IMG/VR virus record: IMGVR_UViG_3300031413_000001
Strand: one strand, 5' to 3'
Length of the DNA: 64,000 nucleotides
Source: a virus
Taxonomy: Duplodnaviria > Heunggongvirae > Uroviricota > Caudoviricetes
Position 1 is the first letter of the stretch, and the number at the start of each line of letters is the position of its first letter. The position numbers and the translations under genes were made by a program. This document shows positions 1 to 7,914 of the stretch, piece after piece. Below the pieces are notes generated by a model, which was not told the origin of the DNA, did not search any database, and saw only the letters and a program-made list of their open reading frames with translations.

Positions 1-11
1 GCTCGCTATTC

Positions 12-233
12 ATGGGCGTGAGCTCCATTCCCGATTGGTCGCAGGAAGATGAACGCTATGTGTTGGTGTTCTCCAACAAGGGTGGACATGAAGCCAAGGT
101 TCATCGTGACGAGAATGGTATCTCGGCAGAAGTGGACAACAGTTGGGACAAGGGCTTTTCCGACGAGGCCTCCGCTGAAGCATGGCTTAAGGGAGAAGGC
201 TACACCAACTTTGTTGGCGTGGACGACGAATAA
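12..233 (+). CDS. hypothetical protein (may be 5'-truncated by window edge)
   Basis: 73-aa ORF with coding-like codon usage; frame open to window start. Confidence 0.55.
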   Translation: MGVSSIPDWSQEDERYVLVFSNKGGHEAKVHRDENGISAEVDNSWDKGFSDEASAEAWLKGEGYTNFVGVDDE

Positions 234-384
234 CGCTTGACAGTGGTGCTGCCCGGCAGTAATTGGATGGTACGAGGTGCAATCCCGCTTGTAAAGCATC
301 GCAGAGGGTGGTTTATCCATTCCAAGTGTGGGAGTGAGTCACAGGGGTCAGTTTTACAATTGACCCCTGTGCATGGTTACAGAT

Positions 385-463
385 GGCCGCTTAGTTCAAG
401 CTGGCAGAACCGGGCACTCTAAATGCCTGTGCGTTGTGGGTTCGAGCCCCACAGTGGCCACCA
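385..463 (+). tRNA. amber suppressor tRNA (anticodon CUA)
   Basis: Acceptor GGCCGCT/AGTGGCC+A+CCA; D-stem GTTC/GAAC; anticodon stem GGGCA/TGCCT with loop CT-CTA-AA (419-421); T-arm GTGGG-TTCGAGC-CCCAC. Confidence 0.85.
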
Positions 464-535
464 ACTTTCAAGGAACGTATCATGCAGGAACTCATACGAG
501 GCTAACGCCCTCCTAGAACCGCCAATAAATAGTTG

Positions 536-850
536 ATGGCGAAGATTCTAGAGTTCCAGCAGCCGGCCCCCAGGCCCCAGACCCCACAGGAGCGCGCAGC
601 AGAGATCCTGACTGCAAAGCAAGCGGTTGACCTGATCATCATCGACATGGTTACCGCGATGTTGCCTCGCTGGGTGGAAGCTGAGTGGCCCTTTCAACAA
701 CTTGAGTTGATGGCAAACGATATGCGTTACAATCTAGAAGAGACCTTTCCCATCATGGGAACCCGCGGCGATGTGGAAGCACTCGTTGAAAAGCTCAGGC
801 CAACCTGGGAAGAACTGATACGTGAGATAGATCCCTCACTGTTTTGGTAA
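536..850 (+). CDS. hypothetical protein
   Basis: 104-aa ORF between two tRNAs, TAAATA directly upstream. Confidence 0.7.
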   Translation: MAKILEFQQPAPRPQTPQERAAEILTAKQAVDLIIIDMVTAMLPRWVEAEWPFQQLELMANDMRYNLEETFPIMGTRGDVEALVEKLRPTWEELIREIDPSLFW

Positions 851-857
851 ACTTCCT

Positions 858-960
858 GGGCCTATAGTTTAATGGTAGAACAGGGGCCTTATACACCCCC
901 TCCGAAAGGACGCCGCCAGATTAGCGGATGGTCAGGGTTCAATTCCCTGTGGGCCTACCA
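858..960 (+). tRNA. tRNA-Ile(UAU)-like with enlarged two-hairpin variable region
   Basis: Acceptor GGGCCTA/TGGGCCT+A+CCA; D-arm GTTT-AATGGTA-GAAC; anticodon loop CT-TAT-AC (890-892); T-arm CAGGG-TTCAATT-CCCTG; ~33-nt insert. Confidence 0.7.
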
Positions 961-966
961 ACTGTA

Positions 967-995
967 TTGACACGCTGGCTTCTTTTCAATAGAGC
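967..995 (+). promoter_or_regulatory. sigma70-type promoter, leaderless aspS transcript
   Basis: TTGACA-N17-TAGAGC ending 6 nt before ATG 1002; no SD. Confidence 0.6.
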
Positions 996-1001
996 TGGCA
1001 A

Positions 1002-2786
1002 ATGAGCAAAATATATCGCACCCACACCTGCAATGATCTCTCGCAGGCAGAGCGTGGCGAGCAGGTTAGGCTTGCTGGCTGGATCCACAAAAAGCGCAAC
1101 CACGGTGGACTGATGTTCATCGATCTGCGTGACAACTACGGCATCACCCAGCTGGTCCTAGATCCCTCGATGAGCAAGGCTCTTGATGGTGATGAGCTGC
1201 GACTGGAGAGTGTGGTAAGCGTTGATGGTGAGGTTCGTCTTCGCCCCGATGGCACACGAAATGCCAAGCTGGCAACCGGCGATATTGAGCTAGCCGTCAA
1301 GGCCGTCTGGGTTATCAACCACGCGCAGGAACTTCCCGTTCCCGTCAGTGCCTTTGACAATACGTATCCCGAGGACATGCGGCTCAAGTATCGCTTCCTC
1401 GACCTTCGTCGTCCAGAGCTGCACCGCAACATTCACCTCCGTAGCGATGTCATTGACACACTCCGAACGGAGATGAAGCGCAATGGGATCAAGGAGTTTC
1501 AGACTCCAATCCTGACCGCCAGCAGCCCAGAAGGCGCCAGGGACTTTCTCGTTCCCTCGCGCTTGCATCCGGGCAAGTTCTATGCTCTGCCACAGGCTCC
1601 CCAGCAGTTCAAGCAACTCTTGATGGTTGCCGGTTTTGACAGCTATTTTCAGATTGCCCCTTGCTTCCGCGATGAAGCAAGCCGGAGCGATCGCAGTCCC
1701 GGTGAGTTTTATCAGCTGGACTTGGAGATGAGTTTTGTTGAGCAAAAGGATGTGTTCAACCTAACCAGCGATGTGATCTATCGGACGTTCTCCAAGCACG
1801 CCGATGGTGCCAAGGTCTGGCATCCCAGTGAGTGGCCGCAGATTCCCTACCGGGAGGCCATTCAGCGGTTTGGTTCCGATAAGCCCGACCTTCGCAACCC
1901 CTTGGAATTCCGAGACGTAACGGACGAGTTCCGGAACAGCAACTTCAAGATCTTTGCCAACATGATCGCAGATGATCCTGAGGTTCGCATCTGGGGTATC
2001 CAGGCTCCCAACTTCACTGGTGGCAAGTTTGCCAAGCAAATGAGCGACTGGGCTATTGGTCAGGGTCAGCCAGGATTGGCGATGATCTACCCCACGGTGG
2101 AGAACGGTCACTCGGGGCCGGTGGTCAAGGCGCTCGGCAATCCAAGCGGAACGCTCAGTGACCTTCAGAGGATCATTGGTATGAACCCCGAGGACGGTGC
2201 CGCATTCGTAGCCGGCAAGCCCGATGAGTTCTACAAGTTCGCTGGTCTGTTGCGGACCAAGCTGGCCGAGGAACTGTTGCCCGAGGTCTTCAAGGACCCC
2301 GAGTTCAAGTTCTGCTGGATCGTGGACTTTCCCATGTATGAACTGGATGAGCAGGGCAAGGTTGCTTTCTCGCACAACCCGTTCAGCATGCCACAGGGTG
2401 GTATCACGGCTCTGAAGACCAAGAACCCACTGGACATTCTCGCGTACCAGTACGATCTGGTCTGCAATGGCATCGAGCTCAGCAGCGGGGCAATCCGCAA
2501 TCATGAGCCGGACACCATGCTGAAGGCCTTTGAACTGGCCGGATACAGCAATGAGAGCGTGGAAAAGAACTTTGGCGGCATGTTGAACGCATTCCGTTAT
2601 GGTGCTCCGCCCCACGGCGGTATCGCTCCGGGTGTTGACCGGATCGTCATGCTGCTGGCAGGTGCGACGAACATTCGTGAGGTCATCGCATTTCCCCTTG
2701 ACAGTCAGGGCAGGGACTTGATGATGAACGCTCCCAATGAAGTAACGCCTTTGCAGCTCAAAGAGCTAGGTATCAAGCACACCTAA
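1002..2786 (+). CDS. aspS: aspartate--tRNA ligase (likely non-discriminating Asp/Asn type)
   Basis: YRTHTC, FIDLRD, PEGARDF, ALPQAPQQFKQLLM, motif 2 FRDE, GAPPHGG motif 3. Confidence 0.97.
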   Translation: MSKIYRTHTCNDLSQAERGEQVRLAGWIHKKRNHGGLMFIDLRDNYGITQLVLDPSMSKALDGDELRLESVVSVDGEVRLRPDGTRNAKLATGDIELAVKAVWVINHAQELPVPVSAFDNTYPEDMRLKYRFLDLRRPELHRNIHLRSDVIDTLRTEMKRNGIKEFQTPILTASSPEGARDFLVPSRLHPGKFYALPQAPQQFKQLLMVAGFDSYFQIAPCFRDEASRSDRSPGEFYQLDLEMSFVEQKDVFNLTSDVIYRTFSKHADGAKVWHPSEWPQIPYREAIQRFGSDKPDLRNPLEFRDVTDEFRNSNFKIFANMIADDPEVRIWGIQAPNFTGGKFAKQMSDWAIGQGQPGLAMIYPTVENGHSGPVVKALGNPSGTLSDLQRIIGMNPEDGAAFVAGKPDEFYKFAGLLRTKLAEELLPEVFKDPEFKFCWIVDFPMYELDEQGKVAFSHNPFSMPQGGITALKTKNPLDILAYQYDLVCNGIELSSGAIRNHEPDTMLKAFELAGYSNESVEKNFGGMLNAFRYGAPPHGGIAPGVDRIVMLLAGATNIREVIAFPLDSQGRDLMMNAPNEVTPLQLKELGIKHT

Positions 2787-2851
2787 AAAACAGGTTGAAC
2801 AAGTTTCCGTATCTGCTATCCAGAGTGGGTAGCAGATACAGGAGACAGACC

Positions 2852-3013
2852 GTGGTGATGATGGACCCCAAGCACGTAGCGATCCTCCAGAAGGAGATCG
2901 ACGAAGCTAATGAGGCGCTTGGTGAAGCGGTCTCGGACAACAACTACGCCGAGGCAGCACGCCAGCAGATTCGCCTGGAGGTCCTCGAGGATCTGAACGA
3001 GAAGTTCGTATGA
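2852..3013 (+). CDS. small helical hypothetical protein
   Basis: SD AGGAG; stop overlaps next start. Confidence 0.55.
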   Translation: MVMMDPKHVAILQKEIDEANEALGEAVSDNNYAEAARQQIRLEVLEDLNEKFV

Positions 3014-3540
3014 GCAAGGAAGTCAGCAAGCTGATGTCCTATGCGCTCCGGCACAAGCCGGAAGAGCTGGGCATTACCCTGGACGCGCAGGGCTGGACGG
3101 ACACTTACGAACTGCTGGTCGCCATTCAGCACCGGTTTCCGCAGACCACCATGGACGATCTGATCAAGGTCGTCTCGGACTCCGACAAGCAACGCTTTCA
3201 GATTCTGGGCAGCAATATTCGGGCCAATCAGGGTCACAGTGTTGCGGTCGATCTGGCTCTTCAGTCCAGCAGCCCGCCGGCCACGCTTTATCATGGCACC
3301 AAGCGGGAATTTCTGAGCAGCATCATGGCGAACGGTCTCAACAAGGGCTCGCGTCATCATGTGCATCTGAGCGCCACCACGGACACCGCAGAGATTGTGG
3401 CACGTCGGCGCAAGGGTGAGAGCGTTATCCTGTCCATCAACGCTGCGGCGATGGAAGGCCAGCATGAGTTCTATGTCAGCGAAAATGGCGTATGGCTCAC
3501 CGATCATGTTCCGGCAGTCTTTATCGACGTCCTGAATTAA
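3010..3540 (+). CDS. kptA: RNA 2'-phosphotransferase (Tpt1/KptA)
   Basis: SKLMSYALRH, KQRF, IRANQGHS, LYHGT, RHHVHLS, NGVWL motifs. Confidence 0.95.
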   Translation: MSKEVSKLMSYALRHKPEELGITLDAQGWTDTYELLVAIQHRFPQTTMDDLIKVVSDSDKQRFQILGSNIRANQGHSVAVDLALQSSSPPATLYHGTKREFLSSIMANGLNKGSRHHVHLSATTDTAEIVARRRKGESVILSINAAAMEGQHEFYVSENGVWLTDHVPAVFIDVLN

Positions 3541-3614
3541 TTTCACCTAAGGTGTTGACGCGGTGTGTCACACCTTTTAATGCGGTGTAAGCAAGCAAAA
3601 GGGTACAGGACAAG

Positions 3615-5330
3615 ATGACGGCAGCGAACCCAACAGCGATCAAGGTGAAGAAGGTGGCAAAGGAAAAAGCCCCGGCGATCGCCAAGTTCGAGAAGAACGG
3701 CGAAACCTATATTTCGGTGAAGTCGGCTCCCGAGGACGTGAAGAACACGGTTCAGAATGTCCTTCAGGATGTCCTGGGCTTTCACAAGGCTCGCGGCTAC
3801 GATTACATCTATCCGGTCGACGATCTCCTGGGCTTCCGCGACACGATCGTGGAAGAGTTCGACAACTACAGCGAGAACGCCACCGACCCCAAGAGCAAGT
3901 TCTTCCAGTTCATCGCGATCCTGGATGAGTTCGCCAAGGTGGTCAAGGCCCAGCTGGCCGACAAGATTGCCCGCGGCTCCATCGAGTTCGGTGACATTCC
4001 CTACCTGCTGGAAAAGGGCGCAGAGGTCTCCACTTCGCGTGATGGCGAGAAGATCGCCGGCGTGGTCGACACCGTGCAGCTGAAGCAGACTTTTTTCGGA
4101 ACCTACTATGAGGTCCGGATGAAGGTCATCAACAACGTGTATGGTCACGTTGCTGATTTGCCCTACAAGGCAACCATCGGCTATTACAGCGGCCTCAAGG
4201 AAATCGAGCAGTTGGCCGTGGCGCCGATCGCTGCCGAGGAAAAGGCAGAACTGCAGGAGCGTGGCGAACGCTTCCGCAAGTACAGCACGGGCGCGCACTA
4301 TATCCACTACAAGGGTCAGCTGACCCGGAGCAGCTGGTATGGTACCCGAGCATTCCGCGCAGACGGTCGAGCAATGATCGACGTCAGCAGCTTCTCGCAG
4401 GTGGACAACAACCAGTTCTCCAGCGAGGGCTACCAGAGCGGCATCGAGGAAGCCCGTGAGGACCGGACCAACAAGGTCAACATGGAAATCCCGGACGCGG
4501 ATCTGTGGCGCACGTATCCGTTCGTCTATGGCTTCTCGCTTTCCTCGAAGCAGTGGGGCCGGTTCAGCCTCGATGGTGTCAAGCCCATCGCTTTCCGTGA
4601 GGATGCGTTCGAGAAGCTGGTTCTCCCCGACGAAGACAAGGAACTGATCAAGGCCATCGTCCAGGATGACGGCAGTGACTTCAGCGACCTCATTGACGGC
4701 AAGGGCGGCGGTAGCATCTTCCTGCTGCATGGTCCTCCCGGACAGGGCAAGACGCTGACCGCGGAAGCGATCGCAGAGGAGCTCAAGCGTCCCCTCTACA
4801 GCATCTCGGTCGGCGAGCTGGGCACCAGCCCGGACAGCCTGGAGGAAACCCTCCGCGAGATCCTGGACGTCGCAACGGTCTGGAATTCGGTTCTCCTGCT
4901 CGACGAGGCAGACATCTTCCTCGAGGAGCGCGACGAAAAGGATATCGTCCGCAACGCAATGGTCGGCGTGTTCCTCCGACTGCTGGAATATCACCAGGGC
5001 GTTCTGTTCCTCACCACCAACCGGGTGAAGAACATCGATCAGGCGTTCTACTCGCGTATCTCCATCGGTCTCCGGTTCGGCGACGCAACGGTCGAGAAGC
5101 GGAAGCAGATCTGGGTCAACCTGAGCACCGCTGCTGGCGTGCAGGGGCTGGACCTGGACGTCCTGGCCGAGCATGATCTGAACGGTCGTCAGATCAAGAA
5201 CGTGATCAAGCTGGCCATGAAGCTGGCACGTGCGAAGAACGAAGCGGTGAGCAACGAGCTCATCGACAGCGTGATCGCCCGGACGGGTAACTTCTCCGAC
5301 AAGGAGAAGGAAGGTGACAACGACCGGTAA
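3615..5330 (+). CDS. AAA+ ATPase
   Basis: Walker A GPPGQGKT, Walker B LLLDEAD, LTTNR sensor, AFYSRI arginine finger; strong codon bias. Confidence 0.92.
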   Translation: MTAANPTAIKVKKVAKEKAPAIAKFEKNGETYISVKSAPEDVKNTVQNVLQDVLGFHKARGYDYIYPVDDLLGFRDTIVEEFDNYSENATDPKSKFFQFIAILDEFAKVVKAQLADKIARGSIEFGDIPYLLEKGAEVSTSRDGEKIAGVVDTVQLKQTFFGTYYEVRMKVINNVYGHVADLPYKATIGYYSGLKEIEQLAVAPIAAEEKAELQERGERFRKYSTGAHYIHYKGQLTRSSWYGTRAFRADGRAMIDVSSFSQVDNNQFSSEGYQSGIEEAREDRTNKVNMEIPDADLWRTYPFVYGFSLSSKQWGRFSLDGVKPIAFREDAFEKLVLPDEDKELIKAIVQDDGSDFSDLIDGKGGGSIFLLHGPPGQGKTLTAEAIAEELKRPLYSISVGELGTSPDSLEETLREILDVATVWNSVLLLDEADIFLEERDEKDIVRNAMVGVFLRLLEYHQGVLFLTTNRVKNIDQAFYSRISIGLRFGDATVEKRKQIWVNLSTAAGVQGLDLDVLAEHDLNGRQIKNVIKLAMKLARAKNEAVSNELIDSVIARTGNFSDKEKEGDNDR

Positions 5331-5354
5331 GAGGGTTGTTGAGTAGCGCGTAAA

Positions 5355-5389
5355 ATGGAGCAGCGGGAGGCAACTTCCGCTGTTTCCAT
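5355..5389 (+). terminator. hairpin terminator
   Basis: CAGCGGGAG-GCAA-CTTCCGCTG followed by TTTCC. Confidence 0.6.
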
Positions 5390-5399
5390 GACTCCTTGG

Positions 5400-5405
5400 T
5401 AAATA
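5400..5405 (+). promoter_or_regulatory. putative late promoter TAAATA
   Basis: Same hexamer precedes several structural-type genes. Confidence 0.45.
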
Positions 5406-5438
5406 GGGTAAGGAATAACCCCTATCTAGGAGAGCACC

Positions 5439-5972
5439 ATGGGATTTCTATTGGGCATTGGCTCATCTATTCTGGGATTTGGTAAACTTTTGTTTGGCTG
5501 GATCCTCAACATCCTGCTGGCAATCTTCAAGTTCGCGCTTGCAAAGCCATTCCAGTTTATGACCATCCTCCTAGCACTCACGTTGCTTTGGGTGGGGTGG
5601 TACTGTGTTCAGACCAAGCAAGAGTTGGTCGAGAGCCAGAAGATCGTCGAGGAAAAGGTAACGTTCATCAAGGGACAGGACCAGGTTCTCAAGCAATACG
5701 TGGCAGCACTCAACGTGGAAAAGACCAACCACGTCAATGACATCAAGCGCGGCAACGATGCCGTGGCAAGTGTCAAGCGAACTGCTGATGCCGCGTTGGC
5801 TCGCGCACAAGCTGCGGGCCGTGAAGCGAAGAAGGATCAGGTAAAGTTTGATCAGCTGGGCGCCGACTATGGTCGTGTCAATCCCAGCACGGGTAAGCCA
5901 GAGGTGCGCATCAAGCGTGAAGAGGCAACCAACGACAGCTTTATCACTGAGTGGAAGAAGGTGATCAAGTGA
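5439..5972 (+). CDS. putative i-spanin (Rz-like)
   Basis: N-terminal hydrophobic/TM segment then coiled coil; overlaps a lipoprotein gene. Confidence 0.65.
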   Translation: MGFLLGIGSSILGFGKLLFGWILNILLAIFKFALAKPFQFMTILLALTLLWVGWYCVQTKQELVESQKIVEEKVTFIKGQDQVLKQYVAALNVEKTNHVNDIKRGNDAVASVKRTADAALARAQAAGREAKKDQVKFDQLGADYGRVNPSTGKPEVRIKREEATNDSFITEWKKVIK

Positions 5973-6265
5973 AGAAAACTCTAGCAATCGCAGGTCTCTT
6001 ATTGCTCGCAGCGTGTGGTCAGAAAAAGGCCATCACGCTTCCCCCGCCCCCAAAGAACACCGAAGTGGTCCAGCAGGACATCGCAATTCCTGTTCTTTGC
6101 AAAGTGGAAATCCAGAGGGCTCAGGTAAAGCTGGACACAATGGAAACAGGTCGTCCACTGGAAGAGCAGAATGCTGCATTCCGCGCTTCAATTGCAGAGC
6201 TGAAAAGCTACATTGTGGCCCTGGAAGCTGGCATCATCGGTTGCGGTGGCAAGGTAACCAAGTAA
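5969..6265 (+). CDS. putative o-spanin lipoprotein (Rz1-like)
   Basis: MKKTLAIAGLLLLAAC lipobox, Pro-rich linker, GTGA overlap. Confidence 0.7.
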   Translation: MKKTLAIAGLLLLAACGQKKAITLPPPPKNTEVVQQDIAIPVLCKVEIQRAQVKLDTMETGRPLEEQNAAFRASIAELKSYIVALEAGIIGCGGKVTK

Positions 6266-6323
6266 CCACTATTGACATGTGGAATTCTCCCTTGTAGGCT
6301 TGAGTGTCAACAAGGGAGTTTCT

Positions 6324-6917
6324 ATGAAGATCAAGTTTGAACTGACCGACGAAACCACGATCACCAACACGACCGTGAAGATCAGCGCCTGGATCCAGGG
6401 CGTAATCGATGGCCAGGAGCGTCCTGCGCTCGAAGGTCGGGCCCTTGAGATGGCCAAGAAGCTGTTTCCCGACGCCAGCTGGGCGTTCAGCAACTTCACA
6501 TACATGCCGGATCGTTTTACGTGGCGGGTTCGTGCCACGACCCGTATCGACGCCACGCAGAATGATCAGCTGGACGAGCGTGCTGATCAGGCCAACGAGC
6601 CGGGCAAGATCACGATCAGCTTTGAGGCTCCCGATGCCTCGATCCCACTTCATCAGCGTCGTGACGAAGAGAGCAAGCTGCGGGTTGCTCTGATCACCAA
6701 GGCCAAGGAAGAGGCAGCCAAGCTGGCCGGCACGTTGACGCGTGTGGAGTTCACCGAGTCGCAGCGCCGCGATATCACGAGCAACTCCATGCGGATGGCC
6801 AGCGCAACCTACGGCCTCGAGAGCGTTGCCAAGGGTGGTGGCGCAGATGGTGTCTCGCTGGGTCACAGTGAGAAAATCTACATCTCGGCCATCCTGACTG
6901 TTGACACGGACAAGTAA
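6324..6917 (+). CDS. hypothetical protein, weak SIMPL/DUF541-like C-terminus
   Basis: SD GGAG; biased codons; KAKEEAAKLA...V..TES pattern. Confidence 0.6.
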   Translation: MKIKFELTDETTITNTTVKISAWIQGVIDGQERPALEGRALEMAKKLFPDASWAFSNFTYMPDRFTWRVRATTRIDATQNDQLDERADQANEPGKITISFEAPDASIPLHQRRDEESKLRVALITKAKEEAAKLAGTLTRVEFTESQRRDITSNSMRMASATYGLESVAKGGGADGVSLGHSEKIYISAILTVDTDK

Positions 6918-6935
6918 GTCCGCTAGGCAGTTTAT

Positions 6936-7197
6936 CTGGAGGGACGAACTACCACTGTATGTCGGGGCCGCAAGCTACGGTCCGCAATTCATGTAGTCGT
7001 TGATCCCCTGAGAACAACAGGAGTTGCTACCTAAAGTTCAAAGGCCCATAAGGAATCCTGCGGAGAACTCTTCCCCCAACTACCCCAGCTACGGCACGGG
7101 TTATACAAGGTTGGGTCCGTATGGCGAGGATCGTGGGACGTCTAATAGGCACCCACATTGGAAGAGACAAGCGGGCGGGAGGAAACTCCCGCTCGTT
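6936..7197 (+). ncRNA. putative structured noncoding RNA A
   Basis: TTGACA-N17-TAGGCA promoter at 6901; nested stems (GGGCCG/CGGTCC, CTCTTCC/GGAAGAG, CCCAAC/GTTGGG); ends in GGAG-GAAA-CTCC hairpin; no credible ORF. Confidence 0.5.
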
Positions 7198-7200
7198 CTG

Positions 7201-7323
7201 TGAGTGTTAGCCTGGGGTTCAATTCCCCTAGTGGGGAACTGATCACCCTCGCGCAACAGGGCTGGAGCGGTGGGCGGTCTGGATTGACTGGCCGGTGCGG
7301 GGTGTGGATACCCGCGGCACTCA
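7201..7323 (+). ncRNA. putative structured noncoding RNA B
   Basis: Closing stem TGAGTGTT/GGCACTCA; internal hairpins TTCCCC-TAGT-GGGGAA and GCGGG-GTGTGGATA-CCCGC. Confidence 0.45.
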
Positions 7324-7565
7324 ATTGGTAGACAAGTCGTTTGAGCGGAGAGAAAAGACTTGTCGCGCCGCCTTTGATGTTATTGAAAACTGGACATTTC
7401 CATGTTATTCCGGTTCAGCCCGCTGGAAGGGGCTATCCCGAAAACCTGCAAAGTTCTGTTCTCACTAGCACCAAGGTGTAGCTATTATAATGGGATCGAG
7501 AACATTCAGAGAGAACCCACACAAAGCTGTTGACACACCAAGGCCACCCCGCTTATACACCAATA

Positions 7566-7845
7566 GTCTACTAAACGGATACGAGCGACCGCGTAATACC
7601 CCAAAGCCTTTTTAAGGTATGGTTTATTAATTAGAACGCTGTCATGGTTGTTGGTTCGAAACAACTCCATGTCTTCTCGTTGAACTTGGTGCTACAGAGC
7701 GTTGAAACAATCGTCGGACAAACTGCGGCCGCGGTCCCGGTGAAGCAATACATAGCTTGGTGTGGGGTGTGGAAACCCACAGTAGATGATGGGAGGGCTA
7801 ACTACTCTCCCATCCGATCGAGAAAACATTCAGGGGTTCAACTCT
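7566..7845 (+). ncRNA. putative structured noncoding RNA C
   Basis: TTGACA (7530) with TATACA promoter; hairpins GTGGG-GTGTGGAAA-CCCAC and GATGGGAG.../...CTCCCATC; no credible ORF. Confidence 0.45.
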
Positions 7846-7914
7846 GTTGTTGACGCGCTGGTACTCTGAGCATAAACAGAGTACAAGAAGATCGGCACTA
7901 CGGAGTATTACAGC

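Noticed and set aside
900-932. Self-splicing intron in tRNA(UAU)
   Set aside because: The insert is only ~33 nt and lies in the variable region, not the anticodon loop.
3543-5174. Long antisense ORFs (e.g. 3543-5174, 8395-9486, 12124-13311, 36127-36873)
   Set aside because: They are shadows of strongly codon-biased real genes on the opposite strand.
7213-7230. Additional tRNA from GGGG-TTCAATT-CCCC T-arm-like hairpin
   Set aside because: No matching acceptor or D arm in the right positions; the alternative longer hairpin TTCCCC-TAGT-GGGGAA explains it.
7720-7760. Twister or hammerhead ribozyme around GCGGTCCCGG
   Set aside because: The required conserved cores (UAA...CCC-AAGC or CUGANGA/GAAA) are not found.
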